The translations under genes and the position numbers were made by a program. The notes below the pieces were generated by a model. The model made no database searches, was not told where the DNA came from, and worked only from the letters and a program-made list of their open reading frames with translations. DNA of 61,349 nt, counting the filler. It is 6 parts of 6 records of this genome, joined end to end, with 100 filler letters (N's around TTAATTAATTAA, not from the genome) between each part and the next. Parts side by side here need not be neighbours in the genome. Positions count along the whole stretch, not along the records: positions 1 to 14,822 come from SRR20825010_3798; positions 14,923 to 35,835 come from SRR20825010_3801; 4 more parts are not named here. One strand, 5' to 3'. The stretch's first letter is position 1. The number at the start of each line of letters is the position of its first letter. Shown here one piece after another: positions 9,942-18,934 of this stretch.

Positions 9942-11027
9942 TTACCCATTCTGCCTGGCTGCCAAGGCTGCTGCATATAAAGAATGCGGGCTAAATTCCC
10001 AAATGACTTCTAACGGTTTACTTTTACACTTGGCGGCCAGCTTTGTTAACCATTCTTCATAAGCTCCGGCACTGGTTTTCTGAACTATGGAAACCTGAAG
10101 ATCCTGAATTCTATTGTTATATGCACTTATACTTTCAACACCAGGAACAAACTCTCCTGAATAATGAGAAGAGGAAGTAAACCTGAATAAATTAGATTCA
10201 GCTTGCGCCCATTTAAGCATTTTTTGAATTTTCTTATAACTGTAAGAATTTTCATCGAATTTATTAATAAAATAACTTTGTTTGGCGACAAGACACTCAG
10301 GGGAAACCGTCCTGGTTAAATTATCCATCGATTTATCTATATTCGCCTTGCTTTCACCAAGACAAACATTCTTCATTACGGCGTATTTAAGAAAGTCACC
10401 ATATATAAAAGCAACAATTCCCCCAAGATCATTTAATTCCACCTCTTTTTCTCGCTCGCATAAAGTTGAGAAAATAGCAGAACCCACATCATTCATCTTT
10501 TTTTCACTCAGATCAGGAAAAATATCAATCAATTTTTTAGTTAATTCAACCCATGTCGAAGTTGTATAAAGATGAGGTTTGACTGAGGGATTTTGAGTAA
10601 TATTTTTCAAACCATGAAATGTTTTTGAGGCCAATCCTTTAACGAGATTTTTCTCAATCTGATCTGGATTGAGAATACGCAAAATGAGCCTTACCGCAGC
10701 ACCTTTCTGTTTAAAATGAACGGCACCACTAGATAATTTATCGGCCAAACCTAGAATCACTTGCGCAATTTCCTGCTGAGCATTCGCACCAATTTCGCTT
10801 TTTACCCCATAATTAACTATGCGATTGACAGCCTGATTTAACTCATGTTTCAAATTCTGCAGTGCATTGTGCTGCAATCGCTCAGTGGTATCTATTCTGA
10901 TTTGGCTTAGCAGCTGAACCGAAAAAGGTTTTGATACCGAATTCTCAACATTGTGCACCTTGCCAGAAAAATTTGAAAAATAGGTATCATGACGAGGTGT
11001 ATTTGTATTGCGCAAACAATCGAACAT
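9942..11027 (-). CDS. Hypothetical protein in AT-rich DNA
   Basis: 361-aa open frame in visibly AT-rich sequence, where long ORFs are unlikely by chance; no recognised motif. Confidence 0.7.
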   Translation of the reverse strand: MFDCLRNTNTPRHDTYFSNFSGKVHNVENSVSKPFSVQLLSQIRIDTTERLQHNALQNLKHELNQAVNRIVNYGVKSEIGANAQQEIAQVILGLADKLSSGAVHFKQKGAAVRLILRILNPDQIEKNLVKGLASKTFHGLKNITQNPSVKPHLYTTSTWVELTKKLIDIFPDLSEKKMNDVGSAIFSTLCEREKEVELNDLGGIVAFIYGDFLKYAVMKNVCLGESKANIDKSMDNLTRTVSPECLVAKQSYFINKFDENSYSYKKIQKMLKWAQAESNLFRFTSSSHYSGEFVPGVESISAYNNRIQDLQVSIVQKTSAGAYEEWLTKLAAKCKSKPLEVIWEFSPHSLYAAALAARQNG

Positions 11028-11525
11028 AGACTTAATCCACTAAAGTGTTATCGATGGGAATATACAAGACGATGGATCGTGATCGCATTTTTATTAAAAA
11101 AGCACACCGGAATTAGGGAAAAACCTTATTATGAAGAAAGTATTTTATTGCACAGAGAAAAAACTTTTTCAAGCTGCATTTCAAATACTTTCTTGACTGC
11201 CTGACCAACAGGTCAGACCCATTGCTTCCAGCATTGCTTTCCGTCCATCATAGACAACGCGCCTTTGTGGGCAAACTTATTCGAAAGTTCCACAGCCAGG
11301 GAATTAACCCGCACACAATTCAGTTGAGTTTGGGGTCATATCAACAAACCCTTTGTCCTGACTTGAAAGGCTGCTGATTGGTAAAATGCAAGCGCATTGC
11401 CCACCAGGTGATACGACCCGATGAAAAATCACCACCGCTTCAAACGGAATCACCGGAATAGAAGCCAGCTTGCGCGACAATCAATCAAGGAAATTTGTTT
11501 TTCAGCCACATGCGTCATTGGGGGA

Positions 11526-11558
11526 TGAATCGTCCACCCAGAACGAGGGGACGATTCA
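11526..11558. terminator. Inverted repeat downstream of the peroxidase gene
   Basis: TGAATCGTCC...GGACGATTCA, 18 nt past the stop codon; no clear U-tract. Confidence 0.4.
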
Positions 11559-11575
11559 AAACGAACATGGAACGC

Positions 11576-13066
11576 TTACAGTTCCGTTACCACCCCAGCC
11601 ACTGTCAACAAATCCACCATCGTGAACTGTCCCAGTTTCTTGCCCAAGGTGGGCGTCCAGTCGGGGTCTTGCGACAGGTAGGAAGTTTTGTCACCTTGCA
11701 ACAAACCAATCATGACCTCGCCCACAATACGCCCGCCAACGGGCCCCAGGCGTTTGCCGTCCGCTGTCACATCTGCTTCCTTCAGGCAGTAGTACCAAAG
11801 CGGTGTGCGGTTGTGCAGGTTGTAGGGCTTCAACTCGGCCAAGTCTTCTTCGGGCAAAGCTTCAATGCCCATGGCCGCTGCAACCCGCTGGCCAGAGGGC
11901 ACTTTGAAAGTAAGGTGGCGCAACAAATTCAACTGTGCCAGCGATTGCGGTCCGCCTGGTGGCAAACCCGGCAGGTCGAACATCACCGATGAAATTCGGG
12001 TGTCAATGCGCTTGTTCTGTCGCGCTTTGTTATCGCCAAAATCAAAAAAGGTTTGCCAATCGATAAAGCGGTTTGGCTCGCGGGTGCCGCCGCGCATGTC
12101 GATGCTGACCGGGTTCACTGCCAGGTTGTCATTAAAGAACAGAGCAAACAGATCCGGATCAGTGCCCTTGCCAAAGTTCACGCGGTAGCTGGGGCGCACC
12201 TGCGAATGTCCAAACCGGTAAGCGGCCACTGAAAACTCAACGGGGATGTAAGGTGCATTGCGCCATTTGTAGAACTTGCGGCCTTTGGTCAAAATATCTT
12301 TCACCAAATTCTTGCCAATTGTTTTGGGCAAAAACTCATTGAGAATGATCCACTGGTAGTGCCAGCGTGTCAGCCGCTGCGCCTCCAGAAAAACTTCGGC
12401 CGGGTTACTCAAACCCAGTTGGGTTTTCAGGTGCGTCACAATCGAATTGTGAAACTTCAGAAAGGCCACCTGCAATTGCGACAGCACCAGGTTTTCATCG
12501 TTGCGCGGATCGCCAATCAGAGGGGTCCCCTGGCTGTTGCGGGGCAAATCAAACTTCATGGAACCATCGCGGGACAAATTTTCCGCACCAGGGTTTTTCT
12601 CCACCAACAAGGTAGTCAAACCATGGTCCACTGTCTGGTCAAACAGATGTGGTGAACCTGCGGGGCCCAGGCCGTACACGCTGTCCAAACCAAATGTTGG
12701 AATGCGGAAATTCTGAATCATTTCCGGGTCAACCTGCTGCTCCAGGCTGGAGGTAATGTCCAGCGTCATGTCGTGGTCCAGAAACTGCCCCAGAAACGTC
12801 ATGCCCGCCGTCAAATCGGGATTGTCCTCGTTGTTCGCCAGCAAGGCTTGCTGAAGAATCAGGTTTTGCGGGGCCTGGGTTAAATCATCTTGCGCGTCCA
12901 TCAAACCATTGCGTTCACCAATCTTCAACAATGCCGCACGCAAAGCGGGGCTGTCGGAAGAAAAAGCGGGCAGGTTCGGGAACAGGCGACCAAACTTGCC
13001 TTGGTCGTAAAACGTGGATGTGGGGGGTGCATCGCCAGAACGATACACATTGCCGTGATGGGACAT
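11576..13066 (-). CDS. Heme peroxidase, peroxidase-cyclooxygenase (animal-type) superfamily
   Basis: Distal GQFLDHD, GDPRNDEN, proximal AYRFGHS, TPLWYY, LGPVGGRIVGEV. Confidence 0.9.
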   Translation of the reverse strand: MSHHGNVYRSGDAPPTSTFYDQGKFGRLFPNLPAFSSDSPALRAALLKIGERNGLMDAQDDLTQAPQNLILQQALLANNEDNPDLTAGMTFLGQFLDHDMTLDITSSLEQQVDPEMIQNFRIPTFGLDSVYGLGPAGSPHLFDQTVDHGLTTLLVEKNPGAENLSRDGSMKFDLPRNSQGTPLIGDPRNDENLVLSQLQVAFLKFHNSIVTHLKTQLGLSNPAEVFLEAQRLTRWHYQWIILNEFLPKTIGKNLVKDILTKGRKFYKWRNAPYIPVEFSVAAYRFGHSQVRPSYRVNFGKGTDPDLFALFFNDNLAVNPVSIDMRGGTREPNRFIDWQTFFDFGDNKARQNKRIDTRISSVMFDLPGLPPGGPQSLAQLNLLRHLTFKVPSGQRVAAAMGIEALPEEDLAELKPYNLHNRTPLWYYCLKEADVTADGKRLGPVGGRIVGEVMIGLLQGDKTSYLSQDPDWTPTLGKKLGQFTMVDLLTVAGVVTEL

Positions 13067-13309
13067 GGGAAATTCCTCCTGATTTTATAAGGATGTTGGG
13101 AACAGACAGGACAGCCTGAAAAAGTTAGCAGCTCTGTTGAACAAATGCCCTGTTCAACTTGCCTGTGCACACCGACCCATCCCATATTCGAGGGGGGGGT
13201 AAAGGCAGGCTATCCAGTGGATAAGCACCTGTTTTCCCTCGCTTTTCGAGCCCTTACCCCGGCAAAGCGAGCAGTAGACTAAATTCATCGTCACCCTGCC
13301 CGTACCACC

Positions 13310-14377
13310 ATGAAACAACTCAGCCTGAAAGCCCACGCCGCAGCCTTCCACGCGGAATTCTTTGGCAACACCACCCAAAAACGCTACGTGCTGGGCATCA
13401 ATGAATTTGCAGATGCCGTGGCCAACAAAGTGAACCTGGACGGCTTTATTGACGAGTACACCACCGCCACCGAATACCGGGGCAAACCCGTGGTGAAGTT
13501 GGGCGACGTGCCCGCGGGCAGCATGGTGATTTCAACTGTTACACAGGCTCGTCCAAAAACAGCCATGAACAAACTGCTGCGCTTGAATGGCGTGGTGTCG
13601 ATGGATTATTTTGCGGTGGCCGATGCCAGCCACTACCAGTTGCCGCAGGTACAAGCCCTGGCGGACACGCAGAAAGAATACGCTGCGCGTCCCGAGAAGT
13701 TTGAATGGGTACGTGAACTGTTTGCCGATCAGGAATCGCGCGAAGTTTTCAACCGCGTCATGGAATTCCGCCTGAACGCCAACTTGCGTGCCATGCGCTT
13801 TTTTGATTACACCGCCGACCAGCAATACTTCGAACCCTTCGTGAAATTCTCCCCAGGCGAAGTGTTCGTAGACGGTGGCGGCTTTGACGGTTACACCACG
13901 GCAGAATTCATCAAGCACTGCCCCCAGTTCGGTGGCGTTCACTTTTTCGAGCCCACAGAAAAAACACTGAATACTGCAAAAGAAAAACTGGCCACCCACC
14001 GCAACATTGAATTTCACCCAGTGGGTTTGTTCAACGAAAAACAAACGCTGTCCTTCGACGCAAGCGCAGGTTCGGCCTGCAGAATTTCAGAAACGGGCAG
14101 TGTGAAAATTGATGTGGACTCGCTGGACAATCGTGTCACCGAATCTGTCAGCTTCATCAAGCTGGATCTTGAAGGCGCCGAGCCCAAGGCCCTGGAAGGC
14201 ATGAAGTGGCACATTCAGGAAGACCACCCAAAGCTGGCTGTGGCGGTGTATCACGACCCGGCACATTTCTGGCAGGTGCCAGAAATCATCTTGGGCGTGC
14301 GTGGCGATTACAATGTTTATTTACGCCACTACACCGAAGGCTGGACCGAAACAGTGATGTTTTTTATACCAAAATAA
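13310..14377 (+). CDS. FkbM family methyltransferase
   Basis: FVDGGGFDG, FEP, FIKLDLEGAE, PKLAVAVYH. Confidence 0.9.
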   Translation: MKQLSLKAHAAAFHAEFFGNTTQKRYVLGINEFADAVANKVNLDGFIDEYTTATEYRGKPVVKLGDVPAGSMVISTVTQARPKTAMNKLLRLNGVVSMDYFAVADASHYQLPQVQALADTQKEYAARPEKFEWVRELFADQESREVFNRVMEFRLNANLRAMRFFDYTADQQYFEPFVKFSPGEVFVDGGGFDGYTTAEFIKHCPQFGGVHFFEPTEKTLNTAKEKLATHRNIEFHPVGLFNEKQTLSFDASAGSACRISETGSVKIDVDSLDNRVTESVSFIKLDLEGAEPKALEGMKWHIQEDHPKLAVAVYHDPAHFWQVPEIILGVRGDYNVYLRHYTEGWTETVMFFIPK

Positions 14378-14380
14378 GCA

Positions 14381-14822
14381 TCACCCACTGTAGGTTTCCA
14401 ACAAATAGGCCACGATAGCCCTGGATTCGAACATGGCTTTGCCCGTGTTCGGGTCTTCCAGATACGGCACCATCATCTTGTTGGTTTTCGCCATGAATTG
14501 TTCGCGTTTGCCACCCTTCACCGGGTTGTACTCGCCCACGGCAGCATGCAAACCATTTAAGCCCATATCAGCCCACTGTTCCTTGCCCAGGTTCACAAGG
14601 TGGTAGGGAATTTCCAGCTCACACAACACATCGCGAACTGGCCGGCAAAAAGGCGATGCCTCGAAACTGTACAGCGTCAGCATTTGTTCAGGCTTTTTCG
14701 ACTTGCGCACCTTCGTGCCCGCCCCAAAACCCAAGGCGCTGTTGGCCAGGCTTGACAACGTTTGCGGCAGGGCAACCTTCACGCGCAAGGGCACCGGGCG
14801 TTTGGCATAGGTTGTGTACAGG
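14381..14822 (-). CDS. Glutathione S-transferase N-terminal/glutaredoxin-like protein (5'-truncated)
   Basis: LYSFEASPFCR, VPYLEDPNTG, FESRAIVAYL; runs off the contig end. Confidence 0.85.
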
Positions 14823-14922
14823 NNNNNNNNNNNNNNNNNNNNNNNNNNNNNNNNNNNNNNNNNNNNTTAATTAATTAANNNNNNNNNNNNNNNNNNNNNN
14901 NNNNNNNNNNNNNNNNNNNNNN
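14823..14922. other. Artificial contig linker (also 35836-35935, 43241-43340, 51024-51123, 57029-57128)
   Basis: N-run + TTAATTAATTAA (stops in all six frames) + N-run, identical five times. Confidence 0.99.
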
Positions 14923-14952
14923 TCGAGGGTTCGAATCCCTCCTTGTCCGCCA
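14923..14952 (+). tRNA. 3' part of tRNA-Ser (T-arm, acceptor strand, GCCA); probable att core
   Basis: GAGGGTTCGAATCCCTC T-arm followed by CTTGTCCGCCA; G discriminator fits Ser; truncated at the contig start. Confidence 0.8.
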
Positions 14953-14959
14953 GTGAAAC

Positions 14960-14984
14960 AAGCGCCCAAGACGGGCGCTTTTTT
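14960..14984 (+). terminator. Intrinsic terminator after the tRNA
   Basis: AAGCGCCC-AAGAC-GGGCGCTT followed by TTTT. Confidence 0.8.
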
Positions 14985-15085
14985 CTCTTCCGCACCAAAT
15001 AACAAAACAAAAACAATGGTTTATGTGGTTGGCATTCGTCGCGCTTGACGTATGATCGCGGTATGAATACCCTCGCGCCTTCGGT

Positions 15086-15119
15086 TTTGGTACACATTTT
15101 GGTACACACTTTGGTACAC
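15086..15119 (+). repeat. Three direct repeats TTTGGTACAC at 12-nt period; probable integrase arm-type sites
   Basis: Copies at 15086, 15098 and 15110, between the att core and integrase start. Confidence 0.75.
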
Positions 15120-15131
15120 GGGGCGGGATTC

Positions 15132-16487
15132 ATGGGCGAGAATGCGCGCAGATATATCACCCGGCGCGGGGTGAAATATTCCTATCGTCGCCGCGTACCA
15201 TCGGATCTTGAGGATGTGCTGGGGCGAGAGGTCAAGATATCGCTTAAGACCGATAGTTATGACATGGCGTGTGACCGTGTCGGCGCGGTCAATGACCGGG
15301 TCATGGCCTATTGGGATGACCTGCGCGCGACCGGCAAGGCGACCCTGATTGCCGAACGTTATGCCAATGCCCGTGCGCTGGCCGGGCGGCTGGGCTGGCG
15401 ATATCGCACCGCCGATGACCTGGCAGTGAACGCGACGGCGGGCGAGGTGATCGAACGCCTTGAAGCCCTTGACGGGGTCGATGACCGGCGGATCACGACG
15501 GCCGTTCTGGGCGCTGCCCCCGAGCCGCAATTGCGCCTGTCGGGGCTGTTTGCCGAATATGAAAGCCTGACGCGCGATCAGCGGGTTGGCAAGTCCGACC
15601 GGCAGATCAAGGTCGCCCTTGGTCCGTACAGGCGATCCGTCGCCAGCCTCATCGATGAAATCGGCGACAAGGTGGTGTCGGAGATCGAGCGGGCCGACGC
15701 GCTGGCGTTTCGCGCCAGATGGTCGCGGCGCATGACCGAGGAAGGGCTTTCGCCCAAATCGGCCAACAAGGAATTCAACAGCCTGCGCGCCATGTTCCGC
15801 ACGATTGGCGATGCCTATCTGGGCGGGCGTGCGAATCCGTTCGTCAATATTTCCTTTGCCACCAAAAAGGCGGGCGGCAAAAAGCGCGGCGCAACCGTAT
15901 CGGCGCAATGGGCCTATGACGTGGTGTTATCGCCGCTTGCGATCATGGCCGGGATGAATGATGAAGCCCGCCTGATTACCGCGATACTGGCCGAAACCGG
16001 GGCACGGCCCAGCGAGATATGCGGATTGCTGCCCGATGATATCCGGCTTGATGGCAAGGTGCCCTATATCCAGATCAGCCCGAACCGGATCCGGCAGCTT
16101 AAGAACGAACCATCAGAACGGCAGATACCGCTGGTTGGCGGGGCGTTGCCCGCGGCGGCGGCATTGATCAATGCGGGCGGGATCGTGCGGTATCTTGGCA
16201 ACAATACCGGGTTTTCCAATGCGGTGAACAAGTTCATGCGCGATCATCATGCGTTCGAGCATGGCAGGCAAAGCCTGTATTCGCTGCGGCATTGCTTCGA
16301 GGATCGGTTAACGGCGGTCGAAGCGCCGGACAAGATCGCCGCGGCCCTGATGGGGCATAAATTCCATCGTGAGAAATACGGGGCAGGGCCGTCACTGGCG
16401 CAAAAGCGCGACTGGCTTTTGAAGATATCGCTTATGCCGATTTCATCAGATCGGACATCAGGTTTTCCAGTGCGGCGGGTTGGCTGA
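15132..16487 (+). CDS. int: Tyrosine integrase with DUF6538-like N-terminus
   Basis: YSYRRRVPSDL N-terminus; catalytic ETGARPSEI, LKN, YSLRH, LMGH, YG. Confidence 0.93.
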   Translation: MGENARRYITRRGVKYSYRRRVPSDLEDVLGREVKISLKTDSYDMACDRVGAVNDRVMAYWDDLRATGKATLIAERYANARALAGRLGWRYRTADDLAVNATAGEVIERLEALDGVDDRRITTAVLGAAPEPQLRLSGLFAEYESLTRDQRVGKSDRQIKVALGPYRRSVASLIDEIGDKVVSEIERADALAFRARWSRRMTEEGLSPKSANKEFNSLRAMFRTIGDAYLGGRANPFVNISFATKKAGGKKRGATVSAQWAYDVVLSPLAIMAGMNDEARLITAILAETGARPSEICGLLPDDIRLDGKVPYIQISPNRIRQLKNEPSERQIPLVGGALPAAAALINAGGIVRYLGNNTGFSNAVNKFMRDHHAFEHGRQSLYSLRHCFEDRLTAVEAPDKIAAALMGHKFHREKYGAGPSLAQKRDWLLKISLMPISSDRTSGFPVRRVG

Positions 16488-16668
16488 TGCGGTTGCGTTC
16501 GTCATAAAGCTTCTTGGCCAGCGCCATCAGTTGCCCGTCTTCAAACAGGTCGCCCTGATCGCGCATGATGCGCGCGAGAATCGCAAGCGCCCTGTCGATA
16601 CGGGCAAGCGTTATCGTGTCGCCCGTATCGATGCGCCGCGCACCTTTCATGGTGATCGCAATGGTCAC
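16432..16668 (-). CDS. Small hypothetical phage protein converging on the integrase
   Basis: 78 aa, starts 2 nt after the upstream stop; last gene of the leftward operon. Confidence 0.6.
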   Translation of the reverse strand: MTIAITMKGARRIDTGDTITLARIDRALAILARIMRDQGDLFEDGQLMALAKKLYDERNRISQPAALENLMSDLMKSA

Positions 16669-16669
16669 A

Positions 16670-16984
16670 TTATCCCCCTTGTTTGCATCGCCCGCGAATC
16701 AGGAGCCGATCCGGGGACAGGATGCTGTCGCTTTGCGAATAGACGCGCCGGTCAATTTCACCAAACCCGTTCGGGCACATGCCATAGCGCGCAACATCTT
16801 CGCGCATCCACCGTTCCCGATCTTCATCGGAGTACCCCAGAAGAACGGTTCCATCCCATACGAATTCGGTATCGCTGACCGGGGTGAAACGGGTGTGGTT
16901 TTGGCGGTCCGTGCTTTCACATGCCGTCATGGTCAATCCCCCGATGATCACTGCGGTGATCGCCATCCATCCGTGTTTTTTCAT
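16670..16984 (-). CDS. Predicted phage lipoprotein
   Basis: MKK + hydrophobic core + MTAC lipobox-like; GGAAGG upstream. Confidence 0.65.
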   Translation of the reverse strand: MKKHGWMAITAVIIGGLTMTACESTDRQNHTRFTPVSDTEFVWDGTVLLGYSDEDRERWMREDVARYGMCPNGFGEIDRRVYSQSDSILSPDRLLIRGRCKQGG

Positions 16985-17807
16985 TGCAACCTTCCTTGAC
17001 AATTATCCCGATCACAACAACGACCGGTCGTACATGGTCGCGCGCTGTTCGCGGATTGGCAAGGTGGCATCTGTCAAACCAGCTTTTGGGGATGGCGGTT
17101 TCGGCGATGGTGAAAATGTCGGGGCCGCTGCCATCCTCGGTATTGATGGCAATCACCTGGTCGCCGGGCCAGTAGGTGGTGGCGGTGCAGTCGGCGGTGA
17201 TATACTGCCCGTCAATCACGAATATCGCATGATCAAAGGGCTTTCTGTCATTGGCGGCGGGCAGGTGGCGAATGCCGTAATCCCGCGCCTGCTTGACGAT
17301 GCCTTTGGCGCGGTCCTGTTTCATCTGGGCGATGATCATGTCGCGGACCGGGTGGAAATGGGCCTGCAGCAAGGCGCTGGCGCGGGAATTGATTTCGCGC
17401 TGTTCGGCGCGGGTCGGGTGCCAGTTGCGCGACGCGGCCGGCAGGATCATTGGCATGCGCCGTTGCCGCCATGCGGTGAAAACCGTGATCACCTCGCGCC
17501 GGACGGCTTGCGCCCGGCTGGTTCTGGCAAACATGCAGATCAGTAAAGCCTGTTCTTCATTCAGCCAGTATTCCTTGACTTCCCGTGTGGCCCTTGACCC
17601 TATTTCGACCATCGCGCCACGGTGGCGCAGTGGTCCGAAGCCCTCAAGTTCTGCGGTGTTGCGTTCGATCAGTTTGCGGATATCGCGCGGGCGGGCCATG
17701 CCAAGGCATTCGCCCAGCCGTTCATCACGGATGCGGGGTTCGTCTTTAGCGATTGATGTATTCAGGTCTGACGCGGACAGAGTCCGGGCGTTGGTTGGTT
17801 CGCTCAT
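16917..17807 (-). CDS. Antirepressor-like protein 1 (Rha/Bro-like N-domain + shared C-terminal domain)
   Basis: EPRIRD..LG..LG.ARPRDIRKLI, EYWLNEEQALLICM..RT.RA; strong AAGGAGG SD before ATG 17807. Confidence 0.75.
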   Translation of the reverse strand: MSEPTNARTLSASDLNTSIAKDEPRIRDERLGECLGMARPRDIRKLIERNTAELEGFGPLRHRGAMVEIGSRATREVKEYWLNEEQALLICMFARTSRAQAVRREVITVFTAWRQRRMPMILPAASRNWHPTRAEQREINSRASALLQAHFHPVRDMIIAQMKQDRAKGIVKQARDYGIRHLPAANDRKPFDHAIFVIDGQYITADCTATTYWPGDQVIAINTEDGSGPDIFTIAETAIPKSWFDRCHLANPRTARDHVRPVVVVIGIIVKEGCNEKTRMDGDHRSDHRGIDHDGM

Positions 17808-17860
17808 GGCGACCTCCTTCTGATAGGGTATAACCCGATCACAGAGAGGCCAATCTCTGG

Positions 17861-17970
17861 TGATCGGACGTGCAGGATTGGCCTTACCGCCAGAAGGAGC
17901 GGCGCACCCGAAGGTGCTCCCACACGCCCGACCATAAGAAAACCGCGCATCAACAGGTTGGGCGCGGTTC
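17861..17970 (-). ncRNA. C4-type antisense RNA, cassette 1
   Basis: Long stem 17861-17876/17919-17934; cUUCGg hairpin 17904-17917; bulged seeds CUCCUUCUGG and GGCCAAUC complementary to sites both upstream (17976-17983, 17993-18000) and downstream (17814-17823, 17848-17855). Confidence 0.8.
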
Positions 17971-18030
17971 GAGCGCCTTCTGACAGACGGGAGACCAATC
18001 CCGGCCATGGATGCGTCCATGACGGCGGGA

Positions 18031-18059
18031 ATGTTACGCCCATCGATTTGCGCGGTCAA
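18031..18059 (-). promoter_or_regulatory. Sigma70-type promoter for C4 cassette 1
   Basis: TTGACC-N17-TAACAT on the minus strand. Confidence 0.7.
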
Positions 18060-18064
18060 GAATG

Positions 18065-18646
18065 TCATGCGGCGCTGCTTTCTTCACCGCTGGCGGCAAG
18101 TGCCGTGCGGTAACTGCCCGGTCGCCAAGACAGGATCGGTTTTGTTTCGGTCAGAATGTCATTGACCTTGGCGATGGCGTCGGCCAGTTCCGGTGCAACA
18201 TCCGACAGATACATGTCTTCGGGCAGGTAATCGTTCCAAATTTCATCGATATCAATGATGGGAGCGTATTCCGGTTCACAGATGACCAGCCGCAGGGTTT
18301 CGGCCCGCAGGTCGTCATTATCGGCAAGATGTTCGCGCAGTTCCTCTTCATCATTAAAGAACCGATCAAGCGTTTGGGAATAGACCATGCCGTCGTCCCA
18401 TTCGGCATAAGGCATCGCGTTGTAGCGTTGTTCCGCGTGCTTTGCCCGGCATTCATCGCAACATGTCCAGTTGCGCTGGTGCTCGTGTTTCCCGCATTCC
18501 TCGCAAAGCTTGTGGGTGCAGCCGTCGTATCGGGCGGTTCGTTCGTCATTGCCATAGAAGCGGCCGGTGGAACTGACCCAGCCGGTGACCTGCCGCAGGC
18601 TTGCGGCTTCCGCGCTGTGATACAGTATTTTCGTTTCGGTTTTCAT
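18065..18646 (-). CDS. Cys-rich hypothetical phage protein
   Basis: TGWVS..GRFYG, GCTHKLCEECG, TCCDEC; tight operon packing. Confidence 0.8.
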   Translation of the reverse strand: MKTETKILYHSAEAASLRQVTGWVSSTGRFYGNDERTARYDGCTHKLCEECGKHEHQRNWTCCDECRAKHAEQRYNAMPYAEWDDGMVYSQTLDRFFNDEEELREHLADNDDLRAETLRLVICEPEYAPIIDIDEIWNDYLPEDMYLSDVAPELADAIAKVNDILTETKPILSWRPGSYRTALAASGEESSAA

Positions 18647-18649
18647 TAC

Positions 18650-18934
18650 TCAATCCTCCCCGATAGCCGTGCAATCCAAGATTTCCCAGCGGGCGATGGA
18701 TGCGTAAATGTGGTCGTATCTCAGAAACTCGTCGAGATCGTGCGACGACTTGATATCGTTGAAGTGCCGGACGGCCTGATCCGCGAATGCGTTGGCAATT
18801 TCCGCCGTGCTATGGTACGCCAGATTGTGGAGTTCATCCGGCGTCATATCCACCTGCCGCGCAAGTTTCTCGCGGTTTCCAGGCTCAATGTCGTCGAGTT
18901 CGAGTGACAGGGTTATCGTAAGTTTGCGTTTCAT
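18650..18934 (-). CDS. Hypothetical phage protein
   Basis: ATGA overlap with the upstream gene. Confidence 0.7.
   Translation of the reverse strand: MKRKLTITLSLELDDIEPGNREKLARQVDMTPDELHNLAYHSTAEIANAFADQAVRHFNDIKSSHDLDEFLRYDHIYASIARWEILDCTAIGED

Noticed and set aside
14823-14922. Repeated TTAATTAATTAA flanked by N runs, five times
   Set aside because: Assembly/concatenation linker; not biological, and ORFs or gene neighbourhoods spanning it are meaningless
15086-15119. Direct repeats as a CRISPR array
   Set aside because: 10-nt units with 2-nt gaps, no spacers, no cas genes anywhere in the window
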